From the UHGV virus genome UHGV-0127437: 51,462 nt of DNA, one strand, 5' to 3'. Both the position numbers and the translations under genes were made by a program. This stretch comes from a virus. The notes beneath the pieces are model-generated. The model saw only the letters and a program-made list of their open reading frames with translations. It was not told the origin of the DNA and made no database searches. This document shows positions 28,703 through 35,744 of the stretch, piece by piece (positions within the stretch are counted from its first letter, which is position 1; the number at the start of each line of letters is the position of its first letter).

Positions 28703-29004
28703 TCACCAGCCTTAGTAAGCGCGTCGGCAACAACACTTACAGCCGCCGGACGCTCAGCAATGGGTTTATCACTGATTCCATCCAGGTAATCGCGGATCAT
28801 GGCTGTGCGCTTCTCGTCTTCTTTACGTTTACGACGGGCATCAATTCGGCCATTTACGTAAGAGATCAGAGAAATAAGCAGGCCGACAGCACCAAAGAAC
28901 ATGTAGACCATGTCCTGTGTGGTAAAACCTAATGCTGCCGCGAGGGTTCCAACCCACGCGAAAAACTGCGTGAAAATGTTCCCTGAGTGATCGTTCATTC
29001 TCAT
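28699..29004 (-). CDS. Holin (two TM helices) with a dual-start motif
   Basis: MRMNDH... gives a Met1-Arg2-Met3 arrangement like lambda S107/S105. It has two hydrophobic helices and a highly charged C-terminus, directly upstream of the endolysin. Confidence 0.8.
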   Translation of the reverse strand: MRMNDHSGNIFTQFFAWVGTLAAALGFTTQDMVYMFFGAVGLLISLISYVNGRIDARRKRKEDEKRTAMIRDYLDGISDKPIAERPAAVSVVADALTKAGE

Positions 29005-29102
29005 GGTCTCTTACCTCGCGTTTTTCGGAGGCTGTGTGTAAGGGAAAGGCCGCCCGGTGGATTAACGACAAAACACAGAGGAATCGTTCCGAACGGCACA
29101 AA

Positions 29103-29124
29103 TAAAAAACCCGCCAGAAGCGGG
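29103..29124 (-). terminator. Intrinsic terminator upstream of the lysis cassette
   Basis: On the minus strand: CCCGC-TTCTG-GCGGG followed by TTTTTTATTT. Confidence 0.7.
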
Positions 29125-29192
29125 AATAGAAGATAAGCGCACGGCTTTAATCGCCCACAATGCGCGGGATAATTGTCCCAAGGTAGAGGGAT

Positions 29193-29513
29193 TCAGTTTT
29201 TTGCTACCCATTCTCGCCAGCGGGCCTCTCTAATCTCAGGGCTCAGTCGCTGATCTTCAAAATGGTTTGCCAAATTTATCGAATCTGGCAGCAATGCCCA
29301 GGCGACATAGAAATCATGTGGCTCAAACTCTCCACCAGCAAATTCGTATGCACCAACATGGTAAACCTCGCCGTCTTCTTCGAGTGCCAGCACCTGAGCA
29401 ATATGCCAACCATCACAGGGGTTAAGAAGGATAACCCAACGCCCATTAAATTCTTTGGTTGGTTTTTCACTTGCGGGTCTGAAATGAAGCTGTTCGGTAA
29501 TTGGTTGCGACAT
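29193..29513 (-). CDS. Hypothetical moron protein between Q and the lysis genes
   Basis: The likely start is the ATG at 29513 (MSQPITEQLHF...), giving 106 aa. It is bracketed by two hairpins. Confidence 0.55.
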   Translation of the reverse strand: MSQPITEQLHFRPASEKPTKEFNGRWVILLNPCDGWHIAQVLALEEDGEVYHVGAYEFAGGEFEPHDFYVAWALLPDSINLANHFEDQRLSPEIREARWREWVAKN

Positions 29514-29531
29514 ACTGGCTCCAGAAACGAC

Positions 29532-29557
29532 AAAGCCCCGCACGATGGCGAGGCTTT
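29532..29557 (-). promoter_or_regulatory. 9-bp hairpin downstream of Q (candidate tR'-like terminator or late-leader structure)
   Basis: On the minus strand: AAAGCCTCG-ccatcgtg-CGGGGCTTT followed by GTCGTTTCT. Confidence 0.3.
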
Positions 29558-29617
29558 AAGTTCGTCGACAATCAAAGCTATGGCGACAATATCAGATTTA
29601 CATGAAATATAGCCGTT

Positions 29618-30301
29618 TTAATCTACTTTTGCAATACTTTGCTCACAATTTGTCGCTTTTTGCTGCGAACGTGTTTTGGTTAATGATAGTAATGATTCCC
29701 TGTCCAGTTCAGCAAACAGTCGGAGCATACCCAACCAGTGCGCTGTAAAGGTCTTGGACCAGTTTTTATCCTCTACCCCCACCAGCGCCGCGAGATCGGC
29801 ATATTGATACTGCTCACGCCCTGCCAGCGCTGATTTCATATCCTGCGCCGCCAGCCAGATAAGCTGCCGCAGACGCTCTATTGTCTTTTTCGCCACGCGC
29901 TTCCCCCCCATTTGCTTACTGAACTGCTCCCACGCCCAGCGAGTAATGATTACCTGGTGATCCCAGCATGTGCTTTCGCTGTAATTCCAGAGCAACCAGG
30001 CTTTTTGATGCTCGTCGAGTGACATTAGCGCCCGACGCCATGAAGCAGTGGAGTATTCGACCGGCTGCACCAGCGGGATATGCGATCCTTTGGCGTGTGA
30101 TTGTTTTCCGGGGATCGGAGGGTTGTTCAGCGTTATCAGTTTTCCCGTAACTTCATCGCGTACACGCAACCTCTTGCGGGGATAAGTATTCGTATCGAAC
30201 TGCGCGTTCTCCAGCCAGGCCATTAACTGTCCCTTTGTCGCTCCGCTCAGATCTACCGTGGCCGCAATCAGTTGCTGACGAATATAGGATAAATTTTTCA
30301 C
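29618..30301 (-). CDS. Late-gene antitermination protein Q
   Basis: 227 aa with a GTG start preceded by GGGGA. It is the last regulatory gene before the lysis cassette, and its sequence style resembles the phage antitermination-Q family. Confidence 0.7.
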   Translation of the reverse strand: MKNLSYIRQQLIAATVDLSGATKGQLMAWLENAQFDTNTYPRKRLRVRDEVTGKLITLNNPPIPGKQSHAKGSHIPLVQPVEYSTASWRRALMSLDEHQKAWLLWNYSESTCWDHQVIITRWAWEQFSKQMGGKRVAKKTIERLRQLIWLAAQDMKSALAGREQYQYADLAALVGVEDKNWSKTFTAHWLGMLRLFAELDRESLLSLTKTRSQQKATNCEQSIAKVD

Positions 30302-30434
30302 TGATTTTCCCCTGCTTTCTGCTGAATACGGATGTAATTGCGAAGGATGCGGTATGCCACAGGAAAAGATCCCCGGTAGCGATAAATACGGAGACGCAGC
30401 CAGCGCCAGCGAAGAGACTCAATAACTTCAGGCT

Positions 30435-30821
30435 TCACTTGTCCACCCTCTCGTTTTGCCATAGCGGCAACATCCCTTTATGTCCTGCTCGCCTGATCCT
30501 TGATTTAGCATTACGCTCAATCTGGATCAGCTTTTCGATGTTCTGTCGGCGCTGCTTTTCTTCCCGACGCAGATATTTCACATTCTCGACATATCTGTTT
30601 TCGGTATCACATAGGTGCAGGATGTAGTTGAAAGGGTCCACCAGCGCATCGCAGCGACGACAGCGCAATGTTCGCTCCTTTTCATCCACCCAGACGGAAT
30701 CGTGATGACAATAAATTTTGCCGCCTTCTTCCCGTCGCATCGCCAGTTCGTCGCGCAGATCCTCTTTCCTCTCGGGGAACGCAACGACATTGCTCAGTTC
30801 TTTTTCCGTTTCGGTTGTCAT
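30435..30821 (-). CDS. Zinc-ribbon-like nin-region protein
   Basis: The ATG at 30821 forms an ATGA overlap with the rusA stop. It contains a CHH...CRRC cluster followed by a basic coiled coil. Confidence 0.5.
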   Translation of the reverse strand: MTTETEKELSNVVAFPERKEDLRDELAMRREEGGKIYCHHDSVWVDEKERTLRCRRCDALVDPFNYILHLCDTENRYVENVKYLRREEKQRRQNIEKLIQIERNAKSRIRRAGHKGMLPLWQNERVDK

Positions 30822-31174
30822 ACGCCCTCCTCGATGATGATCTGACCTTTCTCGCCCCATAGCTTCGTGATGCGACAATCCCAGACGCTGGAATCATCAT
30901 CAAACAGGGCATCCATCAGTGCTTTAAGCATGTTGTCGCAGTCTGGTTTTGACTGGTGCGGCTTGCCGTTGAACTGCTCTCGCTTCTTTTTGCTCCAACT
31001 CGCTGGCATCGGCATAACGAACGTGACGTGGGCGCCGGACTCCGGCAGATGAATTTTGCGCAGGCGTGCTTCATCGCAGAATGCCCGGTAACGCATGACC
31101 GCTGGTCGAGTTTTCCATTTGTCGGCCCGGGTCATTCTGGGCTTGCCGATCGGCGTGATGTCGTAAATTTTCAT
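30818..31174 (-). CDS. rusA: RusA-family Holliday junction resolvase
   Basis: 118 aa. It contains KPDCDNMLKALMDALFDD, the RusA catalytic aspartate motif region. Confidence 0.85.
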   Translation of the reverse strand: MKIYDITPIGKPRMTRADKWKTRPAVMRYRAFCDEARLRKIHLPESGAHVTFVMPMPASWSKKKREQFNGKPHQSKPDCDNMLKALMDALFDDDSSVWDCRITKLWGEKGQIIIEEGV

Positions 31175-31452
31175 ACAGGCACCACCAGCCCACGGCGGAC
31201 TATCTCAATGACAGTAAGCACGATAGCGCGGTCCATTAACTGCCGACGCTCATCGCGAGAGAGGTTTTTTCCGTTGTCTATTTCTGTATGGCAGTGCACA
31301 CAAATTGCAGCAGTTGCACAGTCATCTGCTTTCAACCCCATGCCCTTGCCTTCGTTTCGGTGAGCAACTTGCGTCCCCCACTCCCCACACAGGACACAGC
31401 GCTCAATCTGACCAACGGCAGCGAGCCATTTCCTATTTCGATAAATAGCCAT
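31171..31452 (-). CDS. YbcO/DUF1364-like Cys-His nuclease-like nin protein
   Basis: CVLCGEWGTQVAHRNEGKG...CVHCHTEID parallels the Cys/His layout of DLP12 YbcO. The ATG at 31452 lies 2 nt after the upstream stop. Confidence 0.5.
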   Translation of the reverse strand: MAIYRNRKWLAAVGQIERCVLCGEWGTQVAHRNEGKGMGLKADDCATAAICVHCHTEIDNGKNLSRDERRQLMDRAIVLTVIEIVRRGLVVPV

Positions 31453-31454
31453 GC

Positions 31455-31661
31455 TCACCCCCAGCCTTTTTGTCGGAAGGTTCTCGGCGTCCGCGCCGGA
31501 CGTTCGCACTCTTGTAATTTCGCGCTGACTGTCCAGGTCAGGAAATCAGGATTGAGGCTCTTTTTGGCTCTGACGCCGCGAGACTGATAATCGGCAATCA
31601 GGCGCTCTGCCTGCTCGGTGGTGCATTCCGTGTGGTGAAAATATGAATACTTCATCGCCAT
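31455..31661 (-). CDS. Hypothetical nin-region protein
   Basis: 68 aa starting at the ATG at 31661 (TGATG overlap with the upstream stop). The longer track ORF starts inside the upstream gene. Confidence 0.45.
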   Translation of the reverse strand: MAMKYSYFHHTECTTEQAERLIADYQSRGVRAKKSLNPDFLTWTVSAKLQECERPARTPRTFRQKGWG

Positions 31662-32260
31662 CACCCCGCAAAGCTCATAAGCTGGGCGGCGGCGTTCTCG
31701 GCCTCTTCCCTGCTGTTGAAGGTACGGGACAAGATCCAGCGCCACAGGACATCGAGTGCGGCCTTATACAGGTGCTGGAATTCGGTTTCGTCCATACTGG
31801 CGAACGCGATGCTGCGAGGGTGTTTGCGGAGCGTGCCATCTGGTAACTGTATGGCGTCAAAGTGACCGGCCTCGACAGTTACCCAGGCGCGGTAAGCGTC
31901 AAAGGATTTGCACAGGCTTATGCCGTTCGTGATACGGCGACTGGCGATCTGCTCCAGATACTGCTCGGCAGCGTCCAGCAGAGCGCTTTCATTGCCGCCG
32001 TATGAGGCAAGGAATCTGGCATAACCGTTAACGAGTTTGCGTTCATTCGAAGAAATAGCGCCGCCGGTTGGTTCCCAGTATTCGAACCCGAGATTCAGGA
32101 GCGCAAAGAAACGGCGATGAAACGCAGGATTGCGTACAAGTTTAAAGTCGGCAACCAGAACGGAGCCGAGCTTGCATTTTGATTGCAGAAAATCACTGGT
32201 CTCCGGCGTCGCGGGGATCAGGATTCCTGTTGACTGCTTAATGAGTTGTAATTGCGCCAT
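31661..32260 (-). CDS. DUF1367-like phage protein
   Basis: 199 aa. MAQLQLIKQSTGILIPATPET...FHRRFFALLNLGFEYW resembles a conserved lambdoid nin-region family. Confidence 0.55.
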   Translation of the reverse strand: MAQLQLIKQSTGILIPATPETSDFLQSKCKLGSVLVADFKLVRNPAFHRRFFALLNLGFEYWEPTGGAISSNERKLVNGYARFLASYGGNESALLDAAEQYLEQIASRRITNGISLCKSFDAYRAWVTVEAGHFDAIQLPDGTLRKHPRSIAFASMDETEFQHLYKAALDVLWRWILSRTFNSREEAENAAAQLMSFAG

Positions 32261-32297
32261 GGTTGTTCACTCCGTGGCGCAGCAGGTTAACGGCTGT

Positions 32298-32546
32298 TCA
32301 GACCGTTGATTTCATATTATCAGAAGGTGGCGTTACCCGGTAGCCGAGACGGCGAATAAATTGCATAAAGCCATTGGGAGTAAAGACTTCTTCATCATCC
32401 AGCAAAGGCCGCATAGAAACCATGCCATTGACGCGATAGATAAGATGCCTGCCCGACGAAGGAAAGCTAAACACCACGCAGCCGTCAGACCGTCTTACAA
32501 TGTCATACCAGTTATCTTCTGACGTTTGCAAAGCTGAATTACTCAC
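32298..32546 (-). CDS. Small protein downstream of dinI; candidate LexA-controlled antirepressor
   Basis: 82 aa with GGGAGA 5 nt upstream. It lies in the same transcription direction as dinI, 117 nt downstream, with only a weak hairpin between them. Confidence 0.4.
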   Translation of the reverse strand: MSNSALQTSEDNWYDIVRRSDGCVVFSFPSSGRHLIYRVNGMVSMRPLLDDEEVFTPNGFMQFIRRLGYRVTPPSDNMKSTV

Positions 32547-32663
32547 ATTCTGTTCTCCCTTCGAGCGACATACAGACGCGGTTAAAAATTGTCGGCAGCA
32601 GCATCAAAGGGATACGCAAATTGCGGTATTCTGAAAAAATGCGCGCCAGCCCCAAGCGCAATG

Positions 32664-32897
32664 TTAGTAAAACCAGTCGTCGGCGCTTTCCCAGGTCTCC
32701 TGAAGAATCTCCTCAATGCGCTGCTTGTCCCCTTTTTCACCCCCCAGAATACTCAGGCCATCAGCCCCGGCGCGGCGAATTGTAAGTTTGACCCCTTCAT
32801 AGTTCTGGCTGAGCCTGCGTAACAGTTCGGCTTCTAATGCTGGCACTGCGCCATCAGGAAGTTTCTTTGTTCGATCAATAGTTAACTCAACTTTCAT
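32664..32897 (-). CDS. dinI: DinI-family DNA-damage-inducible protein
   Basis: MKVELTIDRTKKLPDGAVPALEAELLRRL...GGEKGDKQRIEEILQETWESADDWFY closely parallels E. coli DinI (...KEDKQRISEILQETWESADDWF). The ATG at 32897 has GGAGG upstream. Confidence 0.9.
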   Translation of the reverse strand: MKVELTIDRTKKLPDGAVPALEAELLRRLSQNYEGVKLTIRRAGADGLSILGGEKGDKQRIEEILQETWESADDWFY

Positions 32898-32915
32898 AGT
32901 GGCCTCCATTGCGTA

Positions 32916-32935
32916 TACTGTATTTTTATACAGTA
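32916..32935 (-). promoter_or_regulatory. LexA (SOS) box upstream of the dinI-like gene
   Basis: TACTGTATTTTTATACAGTA is a perfect CTGT-N8-ACAG palindrome 19 nt upstream of the dinI ATG. Confidence 0.9.
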
Positions 32936-33006
32936 TACCTATAAAACGAAATGATCAACGTTTTAAGAGCACGAATTGTTAACCCATAGACACAAATTTC
33001 AGGCGT

Positions 33007-33028
33007 AAAAAAACCCGCCGAAGCGGGT
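33007..33028 (-). terminator. Intrinsic terminator ending the upstream two-gene cassette
   Basis: On the minus strand: ACCCGC-TTCG-GCGGGT followed by TTTTTTTAC. Confidence 0.75.
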
Positions 33029-33173
33029 TTAATCATTAAGAGCATTTGCATCTGTGGCAGGTGAGGAGTTCATATTGTGCTCGCATTTAAGTCCCCTTAA
33101 ATGCGCAGAAGCCGCAATCGGGTGTTCAGTCCGACTGCGATTTAATTATTGCTGGTTGATTATTAAAAATCGA

Positions 33174-33437
33174 TCAACACTGATATGGAGGAATTTGGTA
33201 CCTTGCGATCGCGTCTTGAGGATTTTCAGGGAAAACACCATCTCGAGTTGCGATTAAGTATGTTGCCCCACCAAAAAAATGTCTAACAACAAAATAATCT
33301 TTCATAATCGGCGTTTGTGTCTGGTCTGAAGCAAGAGGCTCAGTTGGCAACTGAATTATGGACTCTCCGTTATAGTTCTCAAGTGTTGCAATCTTATATT
33401 TACGGACTTTATCGCAAGCTAAAAAATGAGTGCTCAC
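33174..33437 (-). CDS. Hypothetical 87-aa protein (second gene of an overlapping pair)
   Basis: Its GTG start forms a GTGA overlap with the upstream stop and is preceded by GGAGGAGGAG. The gene is AT-rich. Confidence 0.5.
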   Translation of the reverse strand: MSTHFLACDKVRKYKIATLENYNGESIIQLPTEPLASDQTQTPIMKDYFVVRHFFGGATYLIATRDGVFPENPQDAIARYQIPPYQC

Positions 33438-33664
33438 TTCTCCTCCTCCTGTTTTAAGTATACCGAATCGCTACCTTGAAGTAAGGTTATCGGTTGCTCG
33501 GAGGAAATCTTTACCCTCCACTGGGTAATTTCGAAAATGCTCTTGCTTCTTAGTGATGACAAACATGCTCTTGCAACCGTTTTACGTGATACTTGGACGG
33601 CAAGGCCAGTGTTAACCTTGCCTCGCTCATTCTGTGACTTTGCCGCACTGTTAAAATCACTCAT
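33434..33664 (-). CDS. Hypothetical 76-aa protein (first gene of an overlapping pair)
   Basis: ATG with GAGG 7 nt upstream. The gene is AT-rich and I recognise no family. Confidence 0.5.
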   Translation of the reverse strand: MSDFNSAAKSQNERGKVNTGLAVQVSRKTVARACLSSLRSKSIFEITQWRVKISSEQPITLLQGSDSVYLKQEEEK

Positions 33665-33826
33665 TGGCTACCTCGCAATCGTTCAGTATACGTCCCAATA
33701 CAACCCTAGGTGTTTGTTTTGTCTAGAAACGAAACCCGTAGTAAACTTTATTAAGTTGCAAACAAAATTCACCGCCTTAATCTAAAAACTTAAAACCAAT
33801 TTAATTACAAAGGTTCATTACAGTAA

Positions 33827-34393
33827 CTATATGCTCAAGATAATAATATCACGCCCCAATAACACACTTACAATTGCGGGCCAATGACTAAAAATGAATA
33901 CAACCAAAGAGATGAGACATATTACAAAGATAATAATGCATAACCACTTCATTGAAAGGTATAATAACTCACCTCTTTTCACTCGCTTCCACTCTTTTTT
34001 TAATACATTATGGCTTGCCATGGTGAAATCATCGATATCTTCTTTTAAATCTGAAGAAGGTGTTCCAGAAGATACTTTAACATTAAGTAATTTAATGGCA
34101 TCTCTTAGAACAGTTTCTTCTCTTGAAGGTTTACTATGATTGAGCCTGAGATAAATTTCTGATTGAACTACTGTGATCCCTTTGTATGCAGATTTTCGTT
34201 CTTCATCTGAAACTTCCGAGTCTCTTCTCAATACATCATAAAATCCAAGCAGGTTTGAAAGAGCTTGCCTTAATTCAGAGATCCATGCCTGACGGAACTC
34301 AGATGTTTTTAGTTCCTTAGTAATAACAAGACTAATCATCGCGCCAATTGCGGCTAAAAATGCTATAATTACAGCAATGACAGGTTCATTCAC
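33827..34393 (-). CDS. Membrane protein with N- and C-terminal TM helices flanking a ~130-aa helical domain
   Basis: 188 aa with a GTG start. TM segments are VIAVIIAFLAAIGAMISLVI and LCIIIFVICLISLVVFIF. It is very AT-rich and divergent from the next operon. Confidence 0.55.
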   Translation of the reverse strand: MNEPVIAVIIAFLAAIGAMISLVITKELKTSEFRQAWISELRQALSNLLGFYDVLRRDSEVSDEERKSAYKGITVVQSEIYLRLNHSKPSREETVLRDAIKLLNVKVSSGTPSSDLKEDIDDFTMASHNVLKKEWKRVKRGELLYLSMKWLCIIIFVICLISLVVFIFSHWPAIVSVLLGRDIIILSI

Positions 34394-34495
34394 TTTTCTT
34401 ACCCCTAAAATAATTAGCCTAAAAGCTCCTGAAATCAGAATATCTAATCTTACTGGATATAAATTTAAAGATAGACTTTAAAGCCAAACCTAGTA

Positions 34496-34504
34496 TGTTA
34501 GAAT
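34496..34504 (+). promoter_or_regulatory. Extended -10 promoter element (TGtTAGAAT) for the membrane-protein/methyltransferase operon
   Basis: TG-n-TAGAAT lies 50 nt upstream of the ATG at 34555, with TTTAAA about 16 nt further upstream. Confidence 0.4.
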
Positions 34505-34554
34505 AACCTTTTAACAAGAAGTTTGTCGACATTTTAACGTAACCGAGAAGTAAA

Positions 34555-35136
34555 ATGAACGCTAACTCACAGCCAACGCCAGATCAAGAAATCAAGATCG
34601 AGGTCATCCGCTGGCATCAAAAACTCCAGGAAATCACCTACATCGAAGCTGGTCAACACATGCGTGCTTTGAACCAACTGATGTGGCAGATTCCAAGTCT
34701 GGTAATCGCCATTAATGGTGGGCTCTGGTATGCTGCTACACTAGTTAATGAAGCCTCACTTTGGATGATTTTTGCTTTTTTAACAGTTTTCGACCTGCTC
34801 ACTATTTGCACGCTTTTTCGACTTAGGGTTCTGATAGGAAAAAAAATAACCAAACAAAATGATATTGAAGAACTATCGAAAAATAGCATACTTCAAGACC
34901 TTAGTAATAAATCCGGCATAATAATCTCACCTACCCCAGCTCCTAAAAAAGAGAGCAAGTTCATTGTAGTTGGATGCTGGACCATATGCTTATTGCTCTG
35001 CGCTATTATTAATTTTCATGGCTCATTTAATCCGTCGATATTTTCAAAACCTAGCGAAAACAATAAGTCCGAACAAAACACAACTCACCTCATCTGTGTT
35101 TCTAAGACAGCACCCACAAATGGAGAAATAAAATGA
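34555..35136 (+). CDS. Three-TM membrane protein of unknown function
   Basis: 193 aa with GAGAAG upstream. Two adjacent TM helices follow an N-terminal amphipathic helix, and a third TM lies near residue 135. It is AT-rich. Confidence 0.6.
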   Translation: MNANSQPTPDQEIKIEVIRWHQKLQEITYIEAGQHMRALNQLMWQIPSLVIAINGGLWYAATLVNEASLWMIFAFLTVFDLLTICTLFRLRVLIGKKITKQNDIEELSKNSILQDLSNKSGIIISPTPAPKKESKFIVVGCWTICLLLCAIINFHGSFNPSIFSKPSENNKSEQNTTHLICVSKTAPTNGEIK

Positions 35137-35738
35137 CCACATGGAAATTTTATGATGACAATGCCTTACGTTTATTTAATGACTATCAATCCCTAAATTT
35201 TAAAGATATATTTTCTGACGTTGAATCCTACTTCCTTGCTTCCCGCGGAGATGCTCTGGACGTAGGTGCTGGTTCTGGAAGGGATTCTGCTGCTTTATTT
35301 AAAATGGGCTACAATGTAACAGCTGTAGAGCCAAGCGATAACATGCGAAATCTTGCGGCCGAAAATCATAAGCACTGTGATATTACTTGGGTCAATGATT
35401 CATTGCCTGAACTAAGAAAGATCACTCAATCACTAAAGACCTTTGACCTTATAATTGTTAGTGCAGTCTGGATGCACCTAAATGAAAACCAGCAGGAGAG
35501 GTCGTTATTTACTCTATTCAATCTTCTATCCGCCAATGGAGTTATGATCATTACATTGCGATTAGGGCCAGCCGAACCCGATAGACAAATCAGTGTGATT
35601 TACACAGAAGATTTAATTGCTCTTTCAAAAAAATTAGGGCTAACGGTTGAATATATTAGCCCTGTCAATACGGATAGTTTTAATAGACCATCCGTTACTT
35701 GGCAAAAAGTGGTTTTATCTAAAAAAACCACTTCATAG
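35133..35738 (+). CDS. Class I SAM-dependent methyltransferase (small-molecule/protein type)
   Basis: Motif I is ALDVGAGSGRDSAALFKMGYNVTAVEP and post-I is DLIIVSAVWMHL. There is no DPPY/NPPY DNA-MTase motif. It has an ATGA overlap with the upstream membrane ORF and GGAGAA as SD. Confidence 0.75.
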   Translation: MTTWKFYDDNALRLFNDYQSLNFKDIFSDVESYFLASRGDALDVGAGSGRDSAALFKMGYNVTAVEPSDNMRNLAAENHKHCDITWVNDSLPELRKITQSLKTFDLIIVSAVWMHLNENQQERSLFTLFNLLSANGVMIITLRLGPAEPDRQISVIYTEDLIALSKKLGLTVEYISPVNTDSFNRPSVTWQKVVLSKKTTS

Positions 35739-35744
35739 ATGCCA

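Noticed and set aside
30153-30422. 89-aa minus-strand ORF spanning the gap upstream of Q and overlapping the Q start
   Set aside because: It overlaps Q out of frame for 150 nt, has no SD, and has an odd composition. The 130-nt gap is more likely an untranslated leader.
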